The notes beneath the pieces were generated by a model, which saw only the letters and a program-made list of their open reading frames with translations, was not told the origin of the DNA and did not search any database. Made by a program: the position numbers and the translations under genes. Below are positions 1 through 9,322 of a stretch of DNA of 64,000 nt, one piece after another. Within the stretch, counting starts at the first letter, position 1. Each line of letters begins with the position of its first letter. Source of the DNA: an uncultured Bacillales bacterium (lineage in GTDB: Bacteria > Bacillota_I > Bacilli_A > RF39 > UBA660); assembly GCA_948433085.1 (NCBI GenBank), contig CAOJDP010000001.1, positions 15,642-79,641 of the forward strand. Direction: 5' to 3'.

Positions 1-914
1 CTTCCCCACAAGATGAGTTGCAAACATATAAATAAAATTGTAATTAGAAAACATATAAACGCCGTTTGTTTCATATTTTGATAAGCAGGATATAACAAAT
101 CATTTAGAAAAGGTTTTAGAAAATTCAATTCCATTGGATAATGTTTTTGCATAAAATTTGGCAAAATCCCAACAAAAAATTGCAATAGAATAGAAGTACA
201 TATAAAAGGAATGAACATCCATTTAATAAAACGAAAATTTCTCAATTTTAAAAGTACAAGAAAAACGAGTTGAACAATAATCACAATACTAAAAATGGAT
301 TTACTATGATATACTTTTTGAACAATATAAATCATTTGACGCAATTGTTTTAATTTTTTCTTCACCTCTGGCCCTTCTGCATGTTCTGAAATTTTATTTT
401 CAATAAATGTTTCTATCTGTGGGATTTTTTCTACAATGTCAGTGCCATAGTATTCTATTTTCTGATGAATCAATTGTTGTTCTTCTTTTGATAAATAATT
501 AGAAACCTCAATCTCATTGGATTCTATTTTTTTAACCATTTGATCAAAACTTTCTATAATTACCTTAGTTAACTCTACTTCAGACATTACTGGTAATTTC
601 TTGCCATAAACAAAATTTTCCATACCTGCTGCAAAATAATTTCCAATATATTCTTTAAAAGAATCACTAGCTAATACATAATCAACATATCTTCCTGGTA
701 ATCCTGTTTGTTCTAAAATTTCATAAATTTCACTTTCTATTTTATGTCCTATTAGCTCTTTAAACTCCATTTTTTTTACTACACTCGTAATATGATCAAT
801 GGATATCACTAGCTTCGTACTATTTAACAGTGTCAAGACCAACAAACAAAAACAAATAGTTACAATACTGATTAAAACCAAAATTTGCATAAAAAAATGC
901 CTTATTATTTTCAT
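1..914 (-). CDS. Hypothetical integral membrane protein. The ATG is at 914 and the C-terminus runs off the window, so it is partial and at least 304 aa.
   Basis: I translated the minus strand from 914 down to 1 by hand: MKIIRHFFMQILVLISIVTICF...LQLILWGS with no stop. The N- and C-terminal segments are hydrophobic. The gene lies immediately upstream of a two-component system. It is not in the ORF track because it is truncated by the window edge. Confidence 0.5.
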   Translation of the reverse strand, partial: MKIIRHFFMQILVLISIVTICFCLLVLTLLNSTKLVISIDHITSVVKKMEFKELIGHKIESEIYEILEQTGLPGRYVDYVLASDSFKEYIGNYFAAGMENFVYGKKLPVMSEVELTKVIIESFDQMVKKIESNEIEVSNYLSKEEQQLIHQKIEYYGTDIVEKIPQIETFIENKISEHAEGPEVKKKLKQLRQMIYIVQKVYHSKSIFSIVIIVQLVFLVLLKLRNFRFIKWMFIPFICTSILLQFFVGILPNFMQKHYPMELNFLKPFLNDLLYPAYQNMKQTAFICFLITILFICLQLILWG

Positions 915-1026
915 TTTTTAACCCCTTCTTTGTAAAAAAAATCACACGCTCTCTTTAGAGTATACAGCAATTCTATTTCATTTTCAAGTGCCAGAAAAAG
1001 AGAAATATACCGTAGTACATTTCCCT

Positions 1027-2289
1027 TTATTTAATCATAAAATTTACTCCTTTCCTTTCATTCTTGACTGTAATCTCATAACCAAATAAGGCAATTGTTT
1101 TTTTTACAATAGATAATCCCAATCCAAACTGACCATTGATTCCTTTTTTATAGGGAGTGAAAATATCATTTAATACATTTGGATCAATATTGGGTCCATC
1201 ATTATAAAATATAATTCTATTATTTTTGATGGTAATCCGAATTGTAGATTTTGCATATCGAATAAAATTGTTTAACAAATTGTCAATAATCGCTTCCCAC
1301 ATATCCAACGAACCACGATAAGTCGTATTTTTATCATAGATTTCCACTTTCCATTCAATATCGGGTCTATGATATTTAAATTTTTGTAAAGATGAATTTA
1401 GGATTGGCTTGATGTCTACTTCTTTATCTGGATGTACTTTCAAATCTTTTATATAATTTAATTTATTTAAGTATAGTAAGGAGTGTACTTTAGTTTCTAA
1501 CTTATCTACTTGTTCTTTCATGACACGATATGCTTCTTCTTGATCAATCATTTGATCTTCGGCAGCTTCCATATAAGACTTTATAACGGTAAGAGGCGTT
1601 TTAAAGTCATGTGAGATATTTTGATACATCATATTTTTATAATCCTCTTGTTCTTTCAATGTTTTTTTCATTTGATCGATCGCATCAGACAATACTTTAA
1701 GTTCATCATCCGCATAATGATAATGATCTATATAATCCTCATTATCCAGGTTATCGATTTTATCTTTCAAATGTTCTATCTTTAAAACTAATCTTCTTGC
1801 CCATGCGATTAAGATTCCTGCGATTAAAAATAAAACAATAAATAAAACAGGAAAAATATTATACAAAATACCTTGTTTCATATTTTTGATATAAAAATCA
1901 TTTGTTAATGCAATTTTTTTCACATATTTGGTATATACAGTATTATAGTAATAAGTGATACCATGGTATTTAAATTTACCATAATTATCTTTTATATGCG
2001 TTAATATTTGTTCTGCTTCTAATGTAATAATTTGTTTGAGATTCTCAGATGTAACCACTGTTGCATTTTCTGTTACATAAAGATAGGCGACCTCATTTTC
2101 TACATTTCCTTCCAAAATTTCATTGTCTATAAATTCTAAAGGTTGTTCTAAATATTGATAGATGCTTTTTTCATATACAGGTAACAACATTTTAGGAAGT
2201 AAAATTCCTAAGAAAATCGCAATAATTATGATAATAATTACGGCAATTGTAAATAGTTGTCGATAAACTGTTTCCTTTAATGGTTTCAT
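1027..2289 (-). CDS. Sensor histidine kinase of the OmpR-partner class
   Basis: It has two TM segments flanking an extracytoplasmic loop of about 140 aa. The H-box reads ISHDFKTPLTVIKSYMEAAED, and the HATPase N and G boxes read NLLNNFIRYA and GLGLSIVK. An ATGA overlap with the upstream response regulator indicates translational coupling. Confidence 0.85.
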   Translation of the reverse strand: MKPLKETVYRQLFTIAVIIIIIIAIFLGILLPKMLLPVYEKSIYQYLEQPLEFIDNEILEGNVENEVAYLYVTENATVVTSENLKQIITLEAEQILTHIKDNYGKFKYHGITYYYNTVYTKYVKKIALTNDFYIKNMKQGILYNIFPVLFIVLFLIAGILIAWARRLVLKIEHLKDKIDNLDNEDYIDHYHYADDELKVLSDAIDQMKKTLKEQEDYKNMMYQNISHDFKTPLTVIKSYMEAAEDQMIDQEEAYRVMKEQVDKLETKVHSLLYLNKLNYIKDLKVHPDKEVDIKPILNSSLQKFKYHRPDIEWKVEIYDKNTTYRGSLDMWEAIIDNLLNNFIRYAKSTIRITIKNNRIIFYNDGPNIDPNVLNDIFTPYKKGINGQFGLGLSIVKKTIALFGYEITVKNERKGVNFMIK

Positions 2290-2945
2290 ATCAATCTGTA
2301 TCCAAATCCATAAATAGTGTTGATGTGCAATGAAGACATTTTTTTACGTAGTCTCCTTACTAAATCATCCACTACTCTATCACTTCCAAAGTAATCTTCA
2401 CCCCATACCTTTTTTAGAATTGTTTCCCGACTAAAGGATTGATTTTTATTTTGTAAAAATAAAAGTAGTAAATCATATTCTAATGTAGTAAGTGCGATTT
2501 CTTCTTTGTTTGCAAAAACAAGTCTTTTATCTAAATCAATTTCATAATTCTCATACTTTATTTTATTTGTTCCAGTTGCATATACTCGTTTCATAATATT
2601 GTTTACACGTAAAACTAGTTCTTTTGGAGAATAAGGTTTGGTAATGTAATCATCACTTCCCAATTCCAAACCTATAATTTTATCTAAATCTTGATCACGT
2701 GCAGAAGTAAAAATAACAGGTACATTTTGATCACATGCACGAATATGTTTGATAATATCATATCCGCTCATTTCATCTTTTAACATAATGTCTAAAATCC
2801 ACAAATGAATTTTATCTTGTCCAATAAAAGAAATTGCATCTGTTCCTTTTGTAAGAGAAACAACATCATAGCCTTCTTTTTTTAAATAGGTTGTGATTAA
2901 ATGATTCAAATCTTTCTCATCCTCTACCAAACAAATTTTATACAT
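2286..2945 (-). CDS. OmpR-family response regulator
   Basis: The receiver domain (VEDEKDLN...LDIMLKDEMSGYD) is followed by a winged-helix C-terminus (LTTLEYDLLLLF...GYRL). A GAGGTG RBS precedes the ATG. Confidence 0.85.
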   Translation of the reverse strand: MYKICLVEDEKDLNHLITTYLKKEGYDVVSLTKGTDAISFIGQDKIHLWILDIMLKDEMSGYDIIKHIRACDQNVPVIFTSARDQDLDKIIGLELGSDDYITKPYSPKELVLRVNNIMKRVYATGTNKIKYENYEIDLDKRLVFANKEEIALTTLEYDLLLLFLQNKNQSFSRETILKKVWGEDYFGSDRVVDDLVRRLRKKMSSLHINTIYGFGYRLI

Positions 2946-3142
2946 AGAATCACCTCAAATTTAGTATAGCATTATTTTAACTTGTTTTCCACCTTCCTTC
3001 TTATTTTGTTTTAGGAGTGTATTATATTGTTTTACTTTTTTGATTTTTTTCTACTCTATCACCTCCGATGATTTCATTTTACAAAAGAATTGTGTTTATA
3101 TTTTGATAAAAATATGGGAAATTGTGGCAGAAAAAAATGCTC

Positions 3143-3676
3143 TTAGTTTACTAAAGCATCTCCTATCGCATCTACAATATCGATTACTGTATCCATTATA
3201 TAATAAAATTTTTCTTTGACCCAACTATTTTTAGTATCCCTTACTTCTATTTTTAAAATCATACCATCTTTGCATTTTTCAAAGTTTGATGTAATTTGAA
3301 ATCTTTTATATCGTTTCACAAGTAAATCAAAATCATATTCTTCTGTGCTATACAGATAAATTGTTCCTTTTGTAATATAAATACTATCTTGTATAAAAGT
3401 TTTAAAATAACTTTTTAGTTCTTGAATATTTCCAATTATCATATCTTTTTGTTTTTTTCCAAATGTTTTTCTTATTTTCTTAAAATCAAAGGTTTTTGGA
3501 TTTCTTTGAAACAATTTTCTTTTTCCACTTTCTTCTCCTTTACTTAGAACATCACAAATTACAATCTTTTCATTTTTTTGTAATTCTTGATACATGAAAG
3601 AGGAAACGCCAATTGCAAGGACATTGCCTTCTTTTTTTGGAATTATCTTATGGAATGCTTGTTCTACTGTATTCAT
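3143..3676 (-). CDS. Hypothetical protein with a weak Rossmann/SAM-methyltransferase-like motif
   Basis: VLAIGVSS followed by IVICDV resembles methyltransferase motifs I and II. A 4-nt ATGA overlap with tcdA suggests an operon. No confident family assignment. Confidence 0.4.
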   Translation of the reverse strand: MNTVEQAFHKIIPKKEGNVLAIGVSSFMYQELQKNEKIVICDVLSKGEESGKRKLFQRNPKTFDFKKIRKTFGKKQKDMIIGNIQELKSYFKTFIQDSIYITKGTIYLYSTEEYDFDLLVKRYKRFQITSNFEKCKDGMILKIEVRDTKNSWVKEKFYYIMDTVIDIVDAIGDALVN

Positions 3677-4362
3677 ATTTCACCTACAATATCTCTAACT
3701 ACATAACTTGCACATAATAATCCTGCAACTGCGGGTACAAAAGCATTTGATGCGATAGTCTCATGTTTTACAATTGGTTGTTCTGTACTAGATACCACCA
3801 TTATTTTTTTCTTTATCTGCTCATCACGTACCATTTTTCGCAATATTTTTGCAATGGGGTCATAACTTGTTTGACTTAATTCAGTTATAATAATTTTAGA
3901 AGGTTCAATTTTGTTCCCCATTCCCATAGACGCAATAAATTTTATGTGATTGTGAACACTAAACCGAATCAGTTCCTTTTTTGTATCTAATGTATCACAG
4001 GCATCAATGATATAATCTACGGAAATTGGTATTTCCTCTTTTATATTCTGTTTTGTTAAAAAAACATCTTTTGCAATTACTTTACAATGAGGATTGATAT
4101 CATGAATACGATTTTTCCAAGCAACTGTTTTTTTCAGTTTTAATGTAGAATGTAAAGCGATCAATTGCCGATTGATATTGCTCTTTTCTATAGTATCTGC
4201 ATCTATCAAAATAATTGTTCCAATCCCACTTCTAGCCAATGCTTCCACCGCATAGCCACCTACTCCACCTACTCCAATAACTACTACTGTTTTATTTTGT
4301 AATTGTTTCATTTGATTTTTTCCAATTAATAGTTCTAACCGACTCCAATCCATACTTCTCAC
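3673..4362 (-). CDS. tcdA: tRNA threonylcarbamoyladenosine dehydratase (ThiF/E1-like, TcdA/CsdL family)
   Basis: Motifs VVVIGVGGVGGYAVEALARSGIG, DADTIEKSNINRQLIAL, IDACDT, ASMGMGNKIEPSKIIITEL and DPIAKILRKMV are collinear with E. coli TcdA. Confidence 0.75.
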   Translation of the reverse strand: MRSMDWSRLELLIGKNQMKQLQNKTVVVIGVGGVGGYAVEALARSGIGTIILIDADTIEKSNINRQLIALHSTLKLKKTVAWKNRIHDINPHCKVIAKDVFLTKQNIKEEIPISVDYIIDACDTLDTKKELIRFSVHNHIKFIASMGMGNKIEPSKIIITELSQTSYDPIAKILRKMVRDEQIKKKIMVVSSTEQPIVKHETIASNAFVPAVAGLLCASYVVRDIVGEI

Positions 4363-4623
4363 CTAATAATATTATACCTCAAATAACAGAAAAAAGAAGA
4401 TTCCTTTTTCTAAATGTAAAAATTGCATAAAAAATACTTTTGCCCAAATTTTTCTATAGCAGATAAATTATAAATTTTTATATGGTTATTTTATTAAAAA
4501 AAGAGTAAAGGATTAGTTTGCATTGAATTATTATGCAAATGTTTTTACCTATTTCCCTTACTTTTATAGTTTATGAATGATTTTCTTCTGTTTTCGTTGT
4601 TGCACTTTTTTTCAAATGAAATC

Positions 4624-5868
4624 CTATTTCTTCACATATCCTTTATCATGCTTTTCCTTTTCTTCAAATGTATTTAAGAATTGTTCTATTGCTTCTACAT
4701 CATTATCTTCTATCCATTTTGCAATATTATGATAAACGGTTTGATTTTGTTTTTCTTCAATATCTTCAATATATTTCTTAAATTTCTTTATATATTCTAA
4801 ATTGTTTGTAGCTTGCATTGCTTCCCATAATTTTTCAATTGGGGCGCCTTCTACATCACAAGCAAACTTATAAATATATTCTGCATTCTTTGTTTGGATT
4901 ACTCCTTCTGCTAGTTTTTCAATTGGGGCTCCTTTTACATCATGTGCAAACATATAAATATATTTTGCATTCCTTGTTTGGATTACTGTTTGTATTACTG
5001 CTTGTATTACTACCTCTGCTAGTTTTTCAATTGGAGCTCCTTCTACATCACAAGCAAACTTATAAATATATTCTGCATTCCTTGTTTGGATTACTCCTTC
5101 TGCTAGTTTTTCAATTGGAAATCCTTTTACATCAATAGCAAACATATAAATATATTTTGCATTCCTTGTTTGGATTACTGCCTCTGCTAATTTTTCAATC
5201 GGAGATCCTTTTACATGACATGCAAACTTGTAGATATATTTTGCATTTCCTGTTTGAATTATTGCTTCTGCTAATTTTTCAATTGGAGATCCTTCTACAT
5301 TACATGCAAACTTGTAGATATATTCTACATCCCCTATTTGTATTACTGCTTCTGCTAATTTTTCGATTGGAGATCCTTCTACATTACATGCAAACTTGTA
5401 GATATATTCTACATCCCCTATTTGGATTACTGCCTCAGCTAATTTTTCAATTGGGGCTCCTTTTACGTCACAAGCAAACTTGTAGATATATTCTACATCC
5501 CTTGTTTGGACTATTGCTTCTGCTAACTTTTCAATTGGGGCTCCTTCTACATTACATGCAAACTTGTAGATATAATATGCACCCTTTATTTGGATTACTG
5601 CCTCAGCCAATTTTTCAATTGGGGCTCCTTCTACATTTAAAGCAAACCAATAGATATATTCTGTTTTTCTTGTTTGGATTATTCCTTCTGCTAGTTTTCT
5701 GATTGGAGATCCTTTTACATGACATGCAAACTTGTAGATATATTTTGCATTTCCTGTTTCTACAATTTTTTGTGCTAATTCTTCTTTTTCTTTTTTGTTT
5801 AAACGATTTGCTAAAACAATTATTTTTTCAATATCATCTATAGACATGATAAATTCTAACTTATCCAT
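4624..5868 (-). CDS. Tandem-repeat protein with about 12 copies of a 28-aa unit (consensus roughly YIYKFACNVEGAPIEKLAEAVIQTGNAE). Family unknown; probably a helical solenoid.
   Basis: A 414-aa ORF has unique termini (N-terminal MDKLEFIMSIDDIEKI..., C-terminal ...KWIEDNDVEAIEQFL...). The interior is near-identical 28-aa repeats, with a 12-aa slippage-like insertion (VIQAVIQTVIQT). There is no signal peptide. Confidence 0.7.
   Translation of the reverse strand: MDKLEFIMSIDDIEKIIVLANRLNKKEKEELAQKIVETGNAKYIYKFACHVKGSPIRKLAEGIIQTRKTEYIYWFALNVEGAPIEKLAEAVIQIKGAYYIYKFACNVEGAPIEKLAEAIVQTRDVEYIYKFACDVKGAPIEKLAEAVIQIGDVEYIYKFACNVEGSPIEKLAEAVIQIGDVEYIYKFACNVEGSPIEKLAEAIIQTGNAKYIYKFACHVKGSPIEKLAEAVIQTRNAKYIYMFAIDVKGFPIEKLAEGVIQTRNAEYIYKFACDVEGAPIEKLAEVVIQAVIQTVIQTRNAKYIYMFAHDVKGAPIEKLAEGVIQTKNAEYIYKFACDVEGAPIEKLWEAMQATNNLEYIKKFKKYIEDIEEKQNQTVYHNIAKWIEDNDVEAIEQFLNTFEEKEKHDKGYVKK
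4776..5751 (-). repeat. About 12 copies of an in-frame 84-bp coding tandem repeat
   Basis: The DNA period is 84 bp; for example gctagtttttcaattgg... recurs at about 4910, 5021 and 5110. The plus-strand ORFs 4818..5138 and 5157..5702 are periodic shadows of this repeat. Confidence 0.85.
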
Positions 5869-5887
5869 ATTTCACTTCCTTAACTGT

Positions 5888-5918
5888 TTATTTTAATACT
5901 TATCAATTCTATAGTCAA
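5888..5918 (-). promoter_or_regulatory. Putative sigma-A promoter for the repeat-protein gene
   Basis: On the minus strand, TTGACT (5913-5918), a 17-nt spacer and TAAAAT (5890-5895) lie just upstream of AAGGAAG and the ATG at 5868. Confidence 0.35.
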
Positions 5919-6649
5919 CACTTACACGCTTTTTTTGAATAGGAGAACATGTAATTGATTCTAAAGTCTTTTATTGTGATGCACAAAGGAGTGATCAAAA
6001 ATCACAAATTGAATTATCACATGAATACATTAGAAGATACATTCCAAAAGGAATATCAATCAATGAAATACTAAATTGGACACTTTTTAGAATAAAATAA
6101 TTAAAAAAGCACAACTTTTGTTGCACTTAAACTTTCCAATTTCTAATTAAACTTTTATTTCTACCAAGTGTTTCACTTACTTTTTCATTTCACCTTTTTA
6201 AAATTATAGAAATTGCATAAAATTTGTTTTAATAATAAGGAAGTGTGATATATGATCTCTTTATTGATACATTTTGAAATATTAGATAATCTAGTAATAT
6301 AATTTAGAAAAACATAAATCAATCTATTATAATGACTATCTATGAAACTTCATAAAAATCTATAAATTTTGTTAATAGGATAGTTTTAATTCTACATGAA
6401 AAATTAAATGCTATTCTAACGAAACTTTTCCAAAAAAAGACAACTCCATAGATAACTGAGCAACTATCAGAAAGATTGTCTTTCGCACACTTAGATTCTT
6501 CTATAGTAACTTTAGGTAAAATAAAAACTTACCTTTATAGCACACTTGTATAAACTTTTGTACAATTGCTTATTTTTTAAAACAAAACACAATGAATTGC
6601 AAAAATTTTTTTAAGTATTTCTACAGATATTAAAATAGATTTCTTGGAT

Positions 6650-7867
6650 TTACATTGTTTTTCCAGAAGACAAAATAGTAACACAAATTTCTTCTACTTC
6701 ACCAAATTCATTTATCTTTTGAATCGAAATACCATCTTCAGGATTTTCTACATACTGCATTACATGATTCAAATACATATAATCTCCTTGCTCTTTCTTT
6801 CCCTCAACAGCCTGAGCAGTGTAATCCATAAATGACAAATTTTCTTGATCACACAAAATTTGTTCTACAGGAATCCCCTCTGATGCAGCAGTCAAAGCAA
6901 GTGTATTTTGCATATTGTCATAACCAAAATTATAACACTGAATTCCTGCTCCTACATGATAATCCATATATTGTAAAGATATTCTCAACAGTACACAGCC
7001 AATAGAGATATTAGTAATTGGATTTTGTAAATCATTTCGCGTAATACAGACAATATCTTGATTTTTAAAGTCATTTGGACAATCCGTTAATACAAAATGA
7101 TTATAACAATTATCCTTAAAATTATAAACAGTTAATGGGCTCTCACTCCATGCGTCAAATTCTATTTGCATCAAATTTGTTATTTTTCCTGCACTTTCCT
7201 GTGTTAACATGGCCATCACTAACTTTGGTGCAATCCCCCACTTACTTGCATATGTTTCAACAATACTATAATAACTATTATAAGCACTTTCTCCTGTCAA
7301 GGAATATCGATTATTTTCAAAATCTAAATACGTTACATTTTCATCCAATTTCTTAGAATTCTCATAATTTTCTATCGTTTGTAAAACTTTTTCTGTCCAA
7401 GTAGATTTATTATATTGATTTTCCAACATAATAGATTCTGTATCCTTTTCAATTGTTACAGGCTCAACTAATTTCGGATTTGACGATTCTTGAGAAGTAG
7501 TAGCTACTAAGGCCAACAACGCAAAAGCACCAATCGTAGCAGATCCCATCATTTTTAAATTTCGAACATACTTTTTTTGATGTTTCTTTTTTTGTTTTCC
7601 ACTCATTTCTTTTTGCATACAATCTAATATATTCCTTAAAAGAAATCTGTTCTCATTGTGAATAATAGAATAAATATCAGAAAAATAAAGAATGCCACAA
7701 TTGGTTTCCACCATTAAATCTTTCTTTTGCATTTGCACACGATGAATTATAGATGCATCTAATTTTTGTAATTGCCTTTTTGCATGCAATTCCTTGAATG
7801 TAACTACATGATTTTGCTGCTGTACTCTACAACAGAGTACATTTTTCTCTAAATAAAACTCATACAT
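6650..7867 (-). CDS. Lytic transglycosylase (SLT-domain) protein with an internal signal/TM anchor
   Basis: It contains the SLT catalytic motif KWGIAPKLVMAMLTQESAGK and a hydrophobic segment MMGSATIGAFALLALVATTS. The roughly 105 aa before the TM may be a true cytoplasmic extension or an over-extended start; internal starts at MSGKQ or MMGSA are possible. Confidence 0.7.
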   Translation of the reverse strand: MYEFYLEKNVLCCRVQQQNHVVTFKELHAKRQLQKLDASIIHRVQMQKKDLMVETNCGILYFSDIYSIIHNENRFLLRNILDCMQKEMSGKQKKKHQKKYVRNLKMMGSATIGAFALLALVATTSQESSNPKLVEPVTIEKDTESIMLENQYNKSTWTEKVLQTIENYENSKKLDENVTYLDFENNRYSLTGESAYNSYYSIVETYASKWGIAPKLVMAMLTQESAGKITNLMQIEFDAWSESPLTVYNFKDNCYNHFVLTDCPNDFKNQDIVCITRNDLQNPITNISIGCVLLRISLQYMDYHVGAGIQCYNFGYDNMQNTLALTAASEGIPVEQILCDQENLSFMDYTAQAVEGKKEQGDYMYLNHVMQYVENPEDGISIQKINEFGEVEEICVTILSSGKTM

Positions 7868-8075
7868 CTAGCTTCATCTCTTCTTTCAATCTTAAAAATA
7901 ATGCATCACTGATTGGTTTTAAAATGACTTGATCGTTTGCTAAAATATATTCATTAATTGTAATTGTATCCATCGTAGCAAATGCAACATAATTTTTTCC
8001 ATGATAATGAATCGAATCAATATATTCATATTGCTGTTCCCCAATTGTAATCTCAAAAGAATTCATATACTTCAC
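7860..8075 (-). CDS. Small DUF1292-family protein
   Basis: It is 71 aa with the pattern ...YEYIDSIHYHGKNYVAF...ILKPISD...RLKEEM typical of the Firmicute DUF1292/UPF0473 family. Confidence 0.5.
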   Translation of the reverse strand: MKYMNSFEITIGEQQYEYIDSIHYHGKNYVAFATMDTITINEYILANDQVILKPISDALFLRLKEEMKLDV

Positions 8076-8124
8076 CTATTATTAGTATACCACAAAAAAA
8101 ACTTTTTCAAAAAAAATCTTACAA

Positions 8125-9318
8125 CTATAAGATTTCTTCTTTTAACTTGGGATTGGAAAGAACTTCTACCAATCGATCAATCTCTTCTTTTGTATTATAC
8201 ATTGCAAAACTAATGCGACAAGTATTTTTAATGCCTAATTCATCTTTTAATATTTTTGCACAATGATTTCCTGCCCTTACACATATGTTATATTTATTGA
8301 GATAAATTGCTAAATCTTGGGCAAATACATCTTTGATATTCATTGCAATAATACCACTTTCACTAAATTCATTATACAAAATAATATTTGGAACTGTTTT
8401 CAATGCAGTAATCGCATAAGTGTGTAACTTTTGTTCTTGTGCACATATTTGTTGAATTCCAACGGTTTGCAAATAATCTAACACACTGCCAAAGCCAATT
8501 ACACCAGCAATATTTGGCGTTCCAGATTCTAATCGTTGTGGTAAATCATCATAAATACGAACACCATCACTACTGAAAGAAGCATTCATTCCACCACCAA
8601 ATTCAATTGGACGCATTTGTTCTAACAATTCTTTTTTTCCATAAAGGACACCAACCCCTGTTGGACCATACATTTTATGCGCCGAAAATGCTAAAAAATC
8701 AATATCCATCGCCTGTACATCTACCTCAATATGAGGAACACTTTGAGCACCATCTATCAATACATAAATTCCTTTTGAATGCGCAAATGTATTGATTTCT
8801 TGTATCGGACGAATATCCCCAACTACATTCGTAATTTGTGCAATACTAATCACCTTGGTATTTGGTGTGAATGCTTTTTTTACATTTTCTAATGTTACTT
8901 TTTTATTGTCATCTAACTCAATATATTTGACAACAATTCCCAGTGAGTCCGCAAGTTCAAACCATGGTAATACATTAGATGCATGCTCACTTTTTGTAAT
9001 CAATACCTCATCTCCTTTATGAAGTATGTTCCCAAAAAAACCAAATATAATTTTATTCATAGAATCTGTTGTCCCAGCAGTAAATACAATTTCCTCTGTA
9101 CTTGCTGCATGAATAAAGTCTCTCACCTTTAAGCGAGTCCCTTCATAAAGTTCATCTACTTTCAAACTAATATCATAATCTCCACGATGTGCATTTGCAC
9201 TATATTCATTATAATATGCACTTGTACTTTCAGATAACACCCTTGGTTTTAAAGTGGTCGCACCATTATCAAAATAAATGATATCTCCCTTTAACATTGC
9301 AAAATCTTCCCGATTCAT
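8125..9318 (-). CDS. sufS: Cysteine desulfurase, SufS/class V aminotransferase
   Basis: Motifs FDNGATTLKP and the PLP-lysine region SAHKMYGPTGVGVLYG, plus the catalytic Cys in RAGNHCAKIL. It lies downstream of sufC and sufD. Confidence 0.85.
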   Translation of the reverse strand: MNREDFAMLKGDIIYFDNGATTLKPRVLSESTSAYYNEYSANAHRGDYDISLKVDELYEGTRLKVRDFIHAASTEEIVFTAGTTDSMNKIIFGFFGNILHKGDEVLITKSEHASNVLPWFELADSLGIVVKYIELDDNKKVTLENVKKAFTPNTKVISIAQITNVVGDIRPIQEINTFAHSKGIYVLIDGAQSVPHIEVDVQAMDIDFLAFSAHKMYGPTGVGVLYGKKELLEQMRPIEFGGGMNASFSSDGVRIYDDLPQRLESGTPNIAGVIGFGSVLDYLQTVGIQQICAQEQKLHTYAITALKTVPNIILYNEFSESGIIAMNIKDVFAQDLAIYLNKYNICVRAGNHCAKILKDELGIKNTCRISFAMYNTKEEIDRLVEVLSNPKLKEEIL

Positions 9319-9322
9319 TTCT

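Noticed and set aside
3673-4362. ThiF/E1-like gene as part of an anti-phage ubiquitin-like (CBASS Cap2/Bil-type) system
   Set aside because: Collinear along its full length with the tRNA-modifying TcdA. It is small (229 aa) with no E2 fusion, and no Ubl, JAB or effector genes are nearby.
4818-5702. Plus-strand ORFs 4818..5138 and 5157..5702 (leucine-rich LLLL peptides) antisense to the repeat gene
   Set aside because: They are periodic shadow frames produced by the 84-bp tandem repeat. They lack RBSs, and the minus-strand frame has unique, sensible termini.
4776-5751. The 84-bp tandem repeats as a CRISPR array or minisatellite
   Set aside because: The repeats are contiguous with no spacers, in frame, and encode a continuous protein. 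The window has no cas genes.
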